Of a stretch of 64,000 nucleotides of DNA, positions 38,901 to 52,900 are shown piece by piece. The DNA is taken from the NCBI GenBank assembly GCA_964016885.1, contig OZ024740.1, positions 279,186,001 through 279,250,000 on the forward strand, in the 5' to 3' direction. Under the pieces are notes generated by a model. It worked only from the letters and a program-made list of their open reading frames with translations. It searched no databases and was not told the DNA's origin. Position 1 is the stretch's first letter. The number at the start of each line of letters is the position of its first letter. Source of the DNA: Eledone cirrhosa. Lineage: Eukaryota. The position numbers and the translations under genes were made by a program.

Positions 38901-41900
38901 GATAATTTCCAGCCGTCCAAGGGGAGATAATTTAAAAAAAAATCAGGCGGAGATAATTTGTAAAAAAAAATCAGGGGGAGATAATTTGTAAAAAAAAATC
39001 AGGGGGAGATAATTTGTAAAAAAAATCAAGGGGAGATAATTTCCAGCCGTCCAAGGGAAGATAATTTCCAGCCCTCCAAGGGGCTATAATTTCCAGTGTC
39101 CAAGGGGAGTTAATTTCCAGCCAGCGAAGGGGAGATAATTTTTTTTAAAAAATCATTGGGAGATTTGTAAAAAAAATCAGGGGGAGATAATTTGTAAAAA
39201 AAATCAAGGGGAGATAATTTCCAGCCGTCCAAGGGGAGGTAATATCTAGCCGTCCAAGGGGAGATAATTTCCAGCCGTCCAAGGGGAGATAATTTCCAGC
39301 CGTCCCAGGGTAGATAATATCCAGCCGCCCAAGGACATATTTTCCAGCCGTCCAAGGAGAGGTAATTTCTAGCCGTCCAAGGGGAGATAAATTCCAGCCT
39401 CCAAGGGGAGATAATTTCCAGCCAGCCAAGGGGAGATAATTTGTAAAAAAATCAGGGGGAGATAATTTGTAAAAAAAATCAGGGGGAGATAATTTGTAAA
39501 AAAAAATCAGGGGGAGATAATTTGTAAAAAAAAATCAGGGGGAGATAATTTGCAAAAAAAATCAGGGGGAGATAATTTGTAAAAAGAAATCAGGGGTAGA
39601 TAATTTGTAAAAAAAAATCAGGGGGAGATAATTTGTAAAAAAAAATCAGGGGGAGATAATTTGTAAAAAAAATCAAGGGGAGATAATTTCCAGCCGTCCA
39701 AGGAGAGATAATTTTAAAAAAAATCAGGCGGAGATAATTTGTAAAAAAAAATCAGGGGGAGATAATTTGTAAAAAAAATCAGGGGGAGATAATTTGTAAA
39801 AAAAAATCAGGGGTAGATAATTTGTAAAAAAAAATCAGGGGGAGATAATTTGTAAAAAAAAATCAGGGGGAGATAATTTGTAAAAAAAATCAAGGGGAGA
39901 TAATTTCCAGCCGTCCAAGGAGAGATAATTTTAAAAAAAATCAGGCGGAGATAATTTGTAAAAAAAAATTAGGGGGAGATAATTTGTAAAAAAAAATCAG
40001 GGGGAGATAATTTGTAAAAAAAATCAAGGGGAGATAATTTCCAGCCGTCCAAGGGGAGATAATTTTCAGCCGTCCAAGGGGAGATAATTTCCCGCCAGCC
40101 AAGGGAAGATAATATTCAAAAAAATGAGGCGGAGATAATTTGTAAAAAAAATCAGGGGGAGATAATTTGTAAAAAAAAATCAGGGGTAGATAATTTGTAA
40201 AAAAAAATCAGGGGGAGATAATTTGTAAAAAAAAATCAGGGGGAGATAATTTGTAAAAAAAATGAAAGGGGAGATAATATCCAGCCGTCCAAGGGGAGAT
40301 AATTTCCAGCCGTCCAAGGGGAGATAATTTCCAGCCGTCCAAGGGGAGATAATTTCCATCCTTCCAAGGGGATATAATTTCCAGCCGTCCAAGGGGAGAT
40401 AATTTCCATCCTTCCAAGGGGATATAATTTCCAGCCGTCCAAGGGGAGATAATTTTCAGCCGTCCAAGGAGAGGTAATTTCTAGCCGTCCAAGGAGAGAT
40501 AATTTCCAGCCGTCCAAGGGGAGATAATTTCCAGCCGTCCAAGGGGAGATAATTTCCAGCCGTCCAAGGAGACATATTTTCCAGCCGTCCAAGGAGAGGT
40601 AATTCCTAGCCGTCCAAGGGGAGATAAATTCCAGCCTCCAAGGGGAGATAATTTCCAGCCAGCCAAGGGGAGATAATTTGTAAAAAAAATCAGGGGGAGA
40701 TAATTTGTAAAAAAAATCAGGGGGAGATAATTTGTAAAAAAAAATCAGGGGGAGATAATTTGTAAAAAAAATCAGGGGGAGATAATTTGTAAAAAAAAAT
40801 CAGGGGGAGATAATTTGTAAAAAAAATCAAGGGGAGATAATTTCCAGCCGTCCAAGGGGAGATAATTTTCAGCCGTCCAAGGGGAGATAATTTCCCGCCA
40901 GCCAAGGGAAGATAATATTTAAAAAAATTAGGCGGAGATAATTTGTAAAAAAAATCAGGGGGAGATAATTTGTAAAAAAATCAGGGGGAGATAATTTGTA
41001 AAAAAAATCAGGGGGAGATAATTTGTAAAAAAAATCAGGGGGAGATAATTTGTAAAAAAAAATCAGGGGGAGATAATTTGTAAAAAAAATCAAGGGGAGA
41101 TAATTTCCAGCCGTCCAAGGGAAGATAATTTCCAGCCCTCCAAGGGGCTATAATTTCCAGCGTCCAAGGGGAGATAATTTCCAGCCAGCGAAGGGGAGAT
41201 AATTTTTTTTAAAAAATCATTGGGAGATTTGTAAAAAAAATCAGGGGGAGATAATTTGTAAAAAAAATCAAGGGGAGATAATTTCCAGCCGTCCAAGGGG
41301 AGGTAATATCTAGCCGTCCGAGGGGAGATAATTTCCAGCCGTCCAAGGGGAGATAATTTCCAGCCGTCCAAGGGTAGATAATATCCAGCCGTCCAAGGAC
41401 ATATTTTCCAGCCGTCCAAGGAGAGGTAATTTCTAGCCGTCCAAGGGGAGATAAATTCCAGCCTCCAAGGTGAGATAATTTCCAGCCAGCCAAGGGGAGA
41501 TAATTTGTAAAAAAATCAGGGGGAGATAATTTGTAAAAAAAATCAGGGGGAGATAATTTGTAAAAAAAAATCAGGGGGAGATAATTTGTAAAAAAAAATC
41601 AGGGGGAGATAATTTGTAAAAAAAAATCAGGGGGAGATAATTTGTAAAAAAATCAAGGGGAGATAATTTCCAGCCGTCCAAGGGGAGATAATTTTCAGCC
41701 GTCCAAGGGGAGATAATTTCCCGCCAGCCAAGGGAAGATAATATTTGAAAAAATCAGGCGGAGATAATTTGTAAAAAAAATCAGGGGGAGATAATTTGTA
41801 AAAAAATCAGGGGGAGATAATTGTAAAAAAAAAATCAGGGGGAGATAATTTGTAAAAAGAATCAGGGGGAGATAATTTGTAAAAAAAAATCAGGGGTAGA

Positions 41901-43017
41901 TAAATTGTAAAAAAAATTCAGGGGGAGATAATTTGTAAAAAAAATCAGGGGGAGATAATTTGTAAAAAAAATGAAAGGGGAGATAATATCCAGCCGTCCA
42001 AGGGGAGATAATTTCCAGCCGTCCAAGGGGAGATAATTTCCAGCCGTCCAAGGGGAGATAATTTCCATCCTTCCAAGGGGATATAATTTCCAGCCGTCCA
42101 AGGGGAGATAATTTCCCGCCAGCCAAGGGAAGATAATTTTTAAAAAAATCAGGCGGAGATTGTAAAAAAAATCAGGGGGGAGATAATTTGTAAAAAAATC
42201 AGGGGGAGATAATTTGTAAAAAAAAATCAGGGGGAGATAATTTGTAAAAAATATTCAGGGGGAGATAATTTGTAAAAAAAATCAAGGGGAGATAATTTCC
42301 AGCCGTCCAAGGGGAGATAATTTCCCGCCAGCCAAGGGAAGATAATATTTAAAAAAATTAGGCGGAGATAATTTGTAAAAAAAATCAGGGGGAGATAATT
42401 TGTAAAAAAATCAGGGGGAGATAATTTGTAAAAAAAATCAGGGGGAGATAATTTGTAAAAAAATTCATGGGGAGATAATTTGTAAAAAAAAATCAGGGGT
42501 AGATAATTTGTAAAAAAAAATCAGGGGGAGATAATTTGTAAAAAAAAATCAGGGGGAGATAATTTGTAAAAAAAATCAAGGGGAGATAATTTCCAGCCGT
42601 CCAAGGGGAGATAATTTTCAGCCGTCCAAGGAGAGGTAATTTCTAGCCGTCCAAGGGGAGATAATTTCCAGCCGTCCAAGGGGAGGTAATTTCCAGCCGT
42701 CCAAGGGGAGATAATTTTTAAAAAAAAATCAGTCGGAGATAATTTGTAAAAAAAATCAAGGGGAGATAATTTGCAGCCGTCCAAGGGGAGATAATTTTCA
42801 GTCGTCCAAGGAGAGGTAATTTCTAGCCGTCCAAGGGGAGATAATTGCCAGCCGTCCAAGGGGAGATAATTTCCAGCCGTCCAAGGGGAGATAATTTTTT
42901 TTAAAAAATCAGGCGGAGATAATTTGTAAAGAAAATCAGGGGGAGATAATTTGTAAACAAAATCAGGGGGAGATAATTTGTAAAAAAAAATCAGGGGGAG
43001 ATAATTTGTAAAAAAAA
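35994..43017 (+). repeat. Higher-order repeat unit, 7,024 bp
   Basis: Anchor 35994 to anchor 43018 with the canonical module order. Confidence 0.8.
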
Positions 43018-46000
43018 TCATGGAGAGATAATTTCCAGCCGTCCAAGGTGAGATAATTTCCAGCCGTCCAAGGAGACATATTTTCCAGCCGTCCAAGGCG
43101 AGGTAATTTCTAGCCGTCCAAGGGGAGATAAATTCCAGCCTCCAAGGGGAGATAATTTCCAGCTAGCCAAGTGGAGATAATTTGTAAAAAAATCAGGGGG
43201 AGATAATTTGTAGAAAATATCAGGGAGATAATTTGTAAAAAAAAATCAGGGGGAGATAATTTGTAAAAAAAATCAGGGGGAGATAATTTGTAAAAAAAAA
43301 TCAGGGGGAGATAATTTGTAAAAAAAATCAAGGGGAGATAATTTCCAGCCGTCCAAGGGGAGATAATTTTCAGCCGTCCAAGGGGAGATAATTTCCCGCC
43401 AGCCAAGGGAAGATAATATTTAAAAAAATCAGGCGGAGATAATTTGTAAAAAAAATCAGGGGGAGATAATTTGTAAAAAAATCAGGGGGAGATAATTTGT
43501 AAAAAAAAAATCAGGGGGAGATAATTTGTAAAAAAAATCAGGGGGAGATAATTTGTAAAAAAAAATCAGGGATAGATAATTTGTAAACAAAAATCAGGGG
43601 GAGATAATTTGTAAAAAAAAATCAGGGGGAGATAATTTGTAAAAAAAATGAAAGGGGAGATAATATCCAGCCGTCCAAGGGGAGATAATTTCCAGCCGTC
43701 CAAGGGGATATAATTTCCAGCCGTCCAAGGGGAGATAATTTCCATCCTTCCAAGGGGATATAATTTCCAGCCGTCCAAGGGGAGATAATTTCCCGCCAGC
43801 CAAGGGAAGATAATTTTTAAAAAAATCAGGCGGAGATTGTAAAAAAAATCAGGGGGGAGATAATTTGTAAAAAAATCAGGGGGAGATAATTTGTAAAAAA
43901 TAATCAGGGGGAGATAATTTGTAAAAAAATTCAAGGGGAGATAATTTCCAGCCGTCCAAGGGGAGATAATTTCCCGCCAGCCAAGGGAAGATAATATTTA
44001 AAAAAATTAGGCGGAGATAATTTGTAAAAAAAATCAGGGGGAGATAATTTGTAAAAAAATCAGGGGGAGATAATTTGTAAAAAAAATCAGGGGGAGATAA
44101 TTTGTAAAAAAAATCATGGGGAGATAATTTGTAAAAAAAAATCAGGGGTAGATAATTTGTAAAAAAAAATCAGGGGGAGATAATTTGTAAAAAAAAATCA
44201 GGGGGAGATAATTTGTAAAAAAAATCAAGGGGAGATAATATCCAGCCGTCCAAGGAGAGATAATTTAAAAAAAAAATGAGGCGGAGATAATTTGTAAAAA
44301 AAAAATCAGGGGGAGTTAATTTGTAAAAAAAAATGAGGGGGAGATAATTTGTAAAAAAAATCAAGGGGAGATAATTTCCAGCCGTCCAAGGGGAGATAAT
44401 TTTCAGCCGTCCAAGGAGAGGTAATTTCTAGCCGTCCAAGGGGAGATAATTTCCAGCCGTCCAAGGGGAGGTAATTTCCAGCCGTCCAAGGGGAGATAAT
44501 TTAAAAAAAAAAATCAGGCGGAGATAATTTGTAAAAAAAATCAAGGGGAGATAATTTGCAGCCGTCCAAGGGGAGATAATTTTCAGTCGTCCAAGGAGAG
44601 GTAATTTCTAGCCGTCCAAGGGGAGATAATTTCCAGCCGTCCAAGGGGAGATAATTTCCAGCCGTCCAAGGGGAGATAATTTTTTTTAAAAAATCAGGCG
44701 GAGATAATTTGTAAAAAAAATCAGGGGGAGATAATTTGTAAACAAAATCAGGGGGAGATAATTTGTAAAAAAAAACAGGGGGAGATAATTTGTAAAAAAA
44801 ATTAGGCGTAGATAATTTGTAAAAAAAAATCAGGGGGAGATAATTTGTAAAAAAAAATCAGGGGGAGATAATTTGTTTAAAAAATCAAGGGGAGATAATT
44901 TGCAGCCGTCCAAGGGGAGATAATTTTCAGCCGTCCAAGGAGAGGTAATTTCTAGCCGTTCAAGGGGAGATAATTTCCAGCCGTCCAAGGGGAGATAATT
45001 TCCAGCCGTCCAAGGGGAGATAATTTTTTTTAAAAAATCAGGCGGAGATAATTTGTAAAAAAAAATCAGGGGGAGATAATTCGTAAAAAAAAATCAGGGG
45101 GAGATAATTTGTAAAAAAAAATCAGAGGGAGATAATTTGTAAAAAAAATCAAGGGGAGATAATTTCCAGCCGTCCAAGGGGAGGTAATATCTAGCCGTCC
45201 AAGGGGAGATAATTTCCAGCCGTCCAAGGGGAGATAATTTCCAGCCGTCCAAGGAGACATATTTTCCAGCCGTCCAAGGCGAGGTAATTTCTAGCCGTCC
45301 AAGGGGAGATTAATTCCAGCCTCCAAGGGGAGATAATTTCCAGCCAGCCAAGGGGAGATAATTTGTAAAAAAATCAGGGGGAGATAATTTGTAAAAAATA
45401 TCAGGGAGATAATTTGTAAAAAAAAATCAGGGGGAGATAATTTGTAAAAAAAATCAGGGGGAGATAATTTGTAAAAAAAAATCAGGGGGAGATAATTTGT
45501 AAAAAAAATCAAGGGGAGATAATTTCCAGCCGTCCAAGGGGAGATAATTTTCAGCCGTCCAAGGAGAGGTAATTTCTAACCGTCCGAGGAGAGATAATTT
45601 CCAGCCGTCCAAGGGGAGATAATTTCCAGCCGTCCAAGGGGAGATAATTTCCAGCCGTCCAAGGAGACATATTTTCCAGCCGTCCAAGGAGAGGTAATTT
45701 CTAGCCGTCCAAGGGGAGATAAATTCCAGCCTCCAAGGGGAGATAATTTCCAGCCAGCCAAGGGGAGATAATTTGTAAAAAAATCAGGGGGAGATAATTT
45801 GCAAAAAAAATCAGGGGGAGATAATTTGTAAAAAAAATCAGGGGGAGATAATTTGTAAAAAATAATCAGGGGGAGATAATTTCCAGCCGTCCAAGGGAAG
45901 ATAATTTCCAGCCCTCCAAGGGGCTATAATTTCCAGTGTCCAAGGGGAGATAATTTCCAGCCAGCGAAGGGGAGATAATTTTTTTTAAAAAATCATTGGG

Positions 46001-49000
46001 AGATTTGTAAAAAAAATCAGGGGGAGATAATTTGTAAAAAAAATCAAGGGGAGATAATTTCCAGCCGTCCAAGGGGAGGTAATATCTAGCCGTCCAAGGG
46101 TAGATAATTTCCAGCCGTCCAACGGGAGATAATTTCCAGCCGTCCAAGGGTAGATCATATCCAGCCGCCCAAGGACATATTTTCCAGCCGTCCAAGGAGA
46201 GGTAATTTCTAGCCGTCCAAGGGGAGATAATTTCCAGCCGTCCAAGGGTAGATAATATCCAGCCGTCCAAGGACATATTTTCCAGCCGTCCAAGGAGAGG
46301 TAATTTCTAGCCGTCCAAGGGGAGATAAATTCCAGCCTCCAAGGGGAGATAATTTCCAGCCAGCCAAGGGGAGATAATTTGTAAAAAAATCAGGGGGAGA
46401 TAATTTGTAAAAAAAATCAGGGGGAGATAATTTGTAAAAAAAAATCAGGGGGAGATAATTTGTAAAAAAAAATCAGGGTGAGATAATTTGCAAAAAAAAT
46501 CAGGGGGAGATAATTTGTAAAAAAAAATCAGGGGTAGATAATTTGTAAAAAAAAATCAGGGGGAGATAATTTGTAAAAAAAAATCAGGGGGAGATAATTT
46601 GTAAAAAAAATCAAGGGGAGATAATTTCCAGCCGTCCAAGGAGAGATAATTTAAAAAAAAATCAGGCGGAGATAATTTGTAAAAAAAAATCAGGGGGAGA
46701 TAATTTGTAAAAAAAATCAGGGGGAGATAATTTGTAAAAAAAAATCAGGGGTAGATAATTTGTAAAAAAAAATCAGGGGGAGATAATTTGTAAAAAAAAA
46801 TCAGGAGGAGATAATTTGTAAAAAAAATCAAGGGGAGATAATTTCCAGCCGTCCAAGGAGAGATAATTTAAAAAAAAATCAGGCGGAGATAATTTGTAAA
46901 AAAAAATCAGGGGGAGATAATTTGTAAAAAAAAATCAGGGGGAGATAATTTGTAAAAAAAATCAAGGGGAGATAATTTCCAGCCGTCCAAGGGGAGATAA
47001 TTTTCAGCCGTCCAAGGGGAGATAATTTCCCGCCAGCCAAGGGAAGATAATATTCAAAAAAATCAGGCGGAGATAATTTGTAAAAAAAATCAGGGGGAGA
47101 TAATTTGTAAAAAAATCAGGGGGAGATAATTTGTAAAAAAAAAAATCAGGGGGAGATAATTTGTAAAAAAAATCAGGGGGAGATAATTTGTAAAAAAAAT
47201 CAGGGGTAGATAATTTGTAAAAAAAAATCAGGGGGAGATAATTTGTAAAAAAAAATCAGGGGGAGATAATTTGTAAAAAAAATGAAAGGGGAGATAATAT
47301 CCAGCCGTCCAAGGGGAGATAATTTCCAGCCGTCCAACGGGAGATAATTTCCAGCCGTCCAAGGGGAGATAATTTCCATCCTTCCAAGGGGATATAATTT
47401 CCAGCCGTCCAAGGGGAGATAATTTCCATCCTTCCAAGGGGATATAATTTCCAGCCGTCCAAGGGGAGATAATTTTCAGCCGTCCAAGGAGAGGTAATTT
47501 CTAGCCGTCCAAGGAGAGATAATTTCCAGCCGTCCAAGGGGAGATAATTTCCAGCCGTCCAAGGGGAGATAATTTCCAGCCGTCCAAGGAGACATATTTT
47601 CCAGCCGTCCAAGGAGAGGTAATTCCTAGCCGTCCAAGGGGAGATAAATTCCAGCCTCCAAGGGGAGATAATTTCCAGCCAGCCAAGGGGAGATAATTTG
47701 TAAAAAAAATCAGGGGGAGATAACTTGTAAAAAAAATCAGGGGGAGATAATTTGTAAAAAAAAATCAGGGGTAGATAATTTGTAAAAAATAATCAGGGGG
47801 AGATAATTTGTAAAAAAAATCAAGGGGAGATAATTTCCAGCCGTCCAAGGGGAGATAATTTTCAGCCGTCCAAGGGGAGATAATTTCCCGCCAGCCAAGG
47901 GAAGATAATATTTAAAAAAATTAGGCGGAGATAATTTGTAAAAAAAATCAGGGGGAGATAATTTGTAAAAAAATCAGGGGGAGATAATTTGTAAAAAAAA
48001 TCAGGGGGAGATAATTTGTAAAAAAAATCAGGGGGAGATAATTTGTAAAAAAAAATCAGGGGGAGATAATTTGTAAAAAAAATCAAGGGGAGATAATTTC
48101 CAGCCGTCCAAGGGAAGATAATTTCCAGCCCTCCAAGGGGCTATAATTTCCAGCGTCCAAGGGGAGATAATTTCCAGCCAGCGAAGGGGAGATAATTTTT
48201 TTTAAAAAATCATTGGGAGATTTGTAAAAAAAATCAGGGGGAGATAATTTGTAAAAAAAATCAAGGGGAGATAATTTCCAGCCGTCCAAGGGGAGGTAAT
48301 ATCTAGCCGTCCAAGGGGAGATAATTTCCAGCCGTCCAAGGGGAGATAATTTCCAGCCGTCCAAGGGTAGATAATATCCAGCCGTCCAAGGACATATTTT
48401 CCAGCCGTCCAAGGAGAGGTAATTTCTAGCCGTCCAAGGGGAGATAAATTCCAGCCTCCAAGGTGAGATAATTTCCAGCCAGCCAAGGGGAGATAATTTG
48501 TAAAAAAATCAGGGGGAGATAATTTGTAAAAAAAATCAGGGGGAGATAATTTGTAAAAAAAAATCAGGGGGAGATAATTTGTAAAAAAAAATCGGGGAGA
48601 TAATTTGTAAAAAAAAATCAGGGGGAGATAATTTGTAAAAAAATCAAGGGGAGATAATTTCCAGCCGTCCAAGGGGAGATAATTTTCAGCCGTCCAAGGG
48701 GAGATAATTTCCCGCCAGCCAAGGGAAGATAATATTTGAAAAAATCAGGCGGAGATAATTTGTAAAAAAAATCAGGGGGAGATAATTTGTAAAAAAATCA
48801 GGGGGAGATAATTTGTAAAAAAAAAATCAGGGGGAGATAATTTGTAAAAAGAATCAGGGGGAGATAATTTGTAAAAAAAAATCAGGGGTAGATAAATTGT
48901 AAAAAAAAATCAGGGGGAGATAATTTGTAAAAAAAATCAGGGGGAGATAATTTGTAAAAAAAATGAAAGGGGAGATAATATCCAGCCGTCCAAGGGGAGA

Positions 49001-49983
49001 TAATTTCCAGCCGTCCAAGGGGAGATAATTTCCAGCCGTCCAAGGGGAGATAATTTCCATCCTTCCAAGGGGATATAATTTCCAGCCGTCCAAGGGGAGA
49101 TAATTTCCCGCCAGCCAAGGGAAGATAATTTTTAAAAAAATCAGGCGGAGATTGTAAAAAAAATCAGGGGGGAGATAATTTGTAAAAAAATCAGGGGGAG
49201 ATAATTTGTAAAAAAAAATCAGGGGGAGATAATTTGTAAAAAATAATCAGGGGGAGATAATTTGTAAAAAAAAATCAAGGGGAGATAATTTCCAGCCGTC
49301 CAAGGGGAGATAATTTCCCGCCAGCCAAGGGAAGATAATATTTAAAAAAATTAGGCGGAGATAATTTGTAAAAAAAATCAGGGGGAGATAATATGTAAAA
49401 AAATCAGGGGGAGATAATTTGTAAAAAAATTCATGGGGAGATAATTTGTAAAAAAAAATCAGGGGTAGATAATTTGTAAAAAAAAATCAGGGGGAGATAA
49501 TTTGTAAAAAAAAATCAGGGGGAGATAATTTGTAAAAAAAATCAAGGGGAGATAATTTCCAGCCGTCCAAGGGGAGATAATTTTCAGCCGTCCAAGGAGA
49601 GGTAATTTCTAGCCGTCCAAGGGGAGATAATTTCCAGCCGTCCAAGGGGAGGTAATTTCCAGCCGTCCAAGGGGAGATAATTTAAAAAAAAAAATCAGGC
49701 GGAGATAATTTGTAAAAAAAATCAAGGGGAGATAATTTGCAGCCGTCCAAGGGGAGATAATTTTCAGTCGTCCAAGGAGAGGTAATTTCTAGCCGTCCAA
49801 GGGGAGATAATTGCCAGCCGTCCAAGGGGAGATAATTTCCAGCCGTCCAAGGGGAGATAATTTTTTTTAAAAAATCAGGCGGAGATAATTTGTAAAAAAA
49901 ATCAGGGGGAGATAATTTGTAAACAAAATCAGGGGGAGATAATTTGTAAAAAAAAATCAGGGGGAGATAATTTGTAAAAAAAA
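43018..49983 (+). repeat. Higher-order repeat unit, 6,966 bp, sister copy of 503-7442
   Basis: Anchor 43018 to anchor 49984. It shares the private variants agctagccaa (646/43161) and tcagggatag (1051/43566) with the first unit. Confidence 0.8.
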
Positions 49984-52900
49984 TCATGGAGAGATAATTT
50001 CCAGCCGTCCAAGGTGAGATAATTTCCAGCCGTCCAAGGAGACATATTTTCCAGCCGTCCAAGGCGAGGTAATTTCTAGCCGTTCAAGGGGAGATAAATT
50101 CCAGCCTCCAAGGGGAGATAATTTCCAGCCAGCCAAGTGGAGATAATTTGTAAAAAAATCAGGGGGAGATAATTTGTAAAAAATATCAGGGAGATAATTT
50201 GTAAAAAAAAATCAGGGGGAGATAATTTGTAAAAAAAATCAGGGGGAGATAATTTGTAAAAAAAAATCAGGGGGAGATAATTTGTAAAAAAAATCAAGGG
50301 GAGATAATTTCCAGCCGTCCAAGGGGAGATAATTTTCAGCCGTCCAAGGGGAGATAATTTCCCGCCAGCCAAGGGAAGATAATATTTAAAAAAATCAGGC
50401 GGAGATAATTTGTAAAAAAAATCAGGGGGAGATAATTTGTAAAAAAATCAGGGGGAGATAATTTGTAAAAAAAAAATCAGGGGGAGATAATTTGTAAAAA
50501 AAATCAGGGGGAGATAATTTGTAAAAAAAATCAAGGGGAGATAATTTCCAGCCGTCCAAGGGGAGATAATTTTCAGCCGTCCAAGGGGAGATAATTTGTA
50601 AAAAAATCAAGGGGAGATAATTTCCAGCCGTCCAAGGGGAGATAATTTCCCGCCAGCCAAGGGAAGATAATATTTAAAAAAATCAGGCGGAGATAATTTG
50701 TAAAAAAAATCAGGGGGAGATAATTTGTAAAAAAATCAGGGGGAGATAATTTGTAAAAAAAAAATCAGGGGGAGATAATTTGTAAAAAAAATCAGGGGGA
50801 GATAATTTGTAAAAAAAAATCAGGGGTAGATAAATTGTAAAAAGAAATCAGGGGGAGATAATTTGTAAAAAAAATCAGGGGGAGATAATTTGTAAAAAAA
50901 ATGAAAGGGGAGATAATATCCAGCCGTCCAAGGGGAGATAATTTCTAGCCGTCCAAGGGGAGATAATTTCCAGCCGTCCAAGGGGAGATAATTTCCATCC
51001 TTCCAAGGGGATATAATTTCCAGCCGTCCAAGGGGAGATAATTTCCCGCCAGCCAAGGGAAGATAATTTTTAAAAAAATCAGGCGGAGATTGTAAAAAAA
51101 ATCAGGGGGGAGATAATTTGTAAAAAAATCAGGGGGAGATAATTTGTAAAAAAAAATCAGGGGGAGATAATTTGTAAAAAAATTCAAGGGGAGATAATTT
51201 CCAGCCGTCCAAGGGGAGATAATTTCCCGCCAGCCAAGGGAAGATAATATTTAAAAAAATTAGGCGGAGATAATTTGTAAAAAAAATCAGGGGGAGATAA
51301 TTTGTAAAAAAATCAGGGGGAGATAATTTGTAAAAAAAATCAGGGGGAGATAATTTGTAAAAAAAATCATGGGGAGATAATTTGTAAAAAAAAATCAGGG
51401 GTAGATAATTTGTAAAAAAAAATCAGGGGGAGATAATTTGTAAAAAAAAATCAGGGGGAGATAATTTGTAAAAAAAATCAAGGGGAGATAATATCCAGCC
51501 GTCCAAGGAGAGATAATTTTAAAAAAAAATGAGGCGGAGATAATTTGTAAAAAAAAAATCAGGGGGAGTTAATTTGTAAAAAAAAATGAGGGGGAGATAA
51601 TTTGTAAAAAAAATCAAGGGGAGATAATTTCCAGCCGTCCAAGGGGAGATAATTTTCAGCCGTCCAAGGAGAGGTAATTTCTAGCCGTCCAAGGGGAGAT
51701 AATTTCCAGCCGTCCAAGGGGAGGTAATTTCCAGCCGTCCAAGGGGAGATAAATTAAAAAAAAAATCAGGCGGAGATAATTTGTAAAAAAAATCAAGGGG
51801 AGATAATTTGCAGCCGTCCAATGGGAGATAATTTTCAGTCGTCCAAGGAGAGGTAATTTCTAGCCGTCAAAGGGGAGATAATTTCCAGCCGTCCAAGGGG
51901 AGATAATTTCCAGCCGTCCAAGGGGAGATAATTTTTTTTTAAAAATCAGGCGGAGATAATTTGTAAAAAAAATCAGGGGGAGATAATTTGTAAACAAAAT
52001 CAGGGGGAGATAATTTGTAAAAAAAAATCAGGGGGAGATAATTTGTAAAAAAAATTAGGCGTAGATAATTTGTAAAAAAAAATCAGGGGGAGATAATTTG
52101 TAAAAAAAAATCAGGGGGAGATAATTTGTTTAAAAAATCAAGGGGAGATAATTTGCAGCCGTCCAAGGGGAGATAATTTTCAGCCGTCCAAGGAGAGGTA
52201 ATTTCTAGCCGTTCAAGGGGAGATAATTTCCAGCCGTCCAAGGGGAGATAATTTCCAGCCGTCCAAGGGGAGATAATTTTTTTTTAAAAATCAGGCGGAG
52301 ATAATTTGTAAAAAAAAATCAGGGGGAGATAATTCGTAAAAAAAAATCAGGGGGAGATAATTTGTAAAAAAAAATCAGGGGGAGATAAATTGTAAAAAAA
52401 ATCAAGGGGAGATAATTTCCAGCCGTCCAAGGGAAGATAATTTCCAGCCCTACAAGGGGCTATAATTTCCAGCGTCCAAGGGGAGATAATTTCCAGCCAG
52501 CGAAGGGGAGATAATTTTTTAAAAAAAATCATTGGGAGATTTGTAAAAAAAATCAGGGGGAGATAATTTGTAAAAAAAATCAAGGGGAGATAATTTCCAG
52601 CCGTCCAAGGGGAGGTAATATCTAGCCGTCCAAGGGTAGATAATTTCCAGCCGTCCAACGGGAGATAATTTCCAGCCGTCCAAGGGTAGATAATATCCAG
52701 CCGCCCAAGGACATATTTTCCAGCCGTCCAAGGAGAGGTAATTTCTAGCCGTCCAAGGGGAGATAATTTCCAGCCGTCCAAGGGTAGATAATATCCAGCC
52801 GTCCAAGGACATATTTTCCAGCCGTCCAAGGAGAGGTAATTTCTAGCCGTCCAAGGGGAGATAAATTCCAGCCTCCAAGGGGAGATAATTTCCAGCCAGC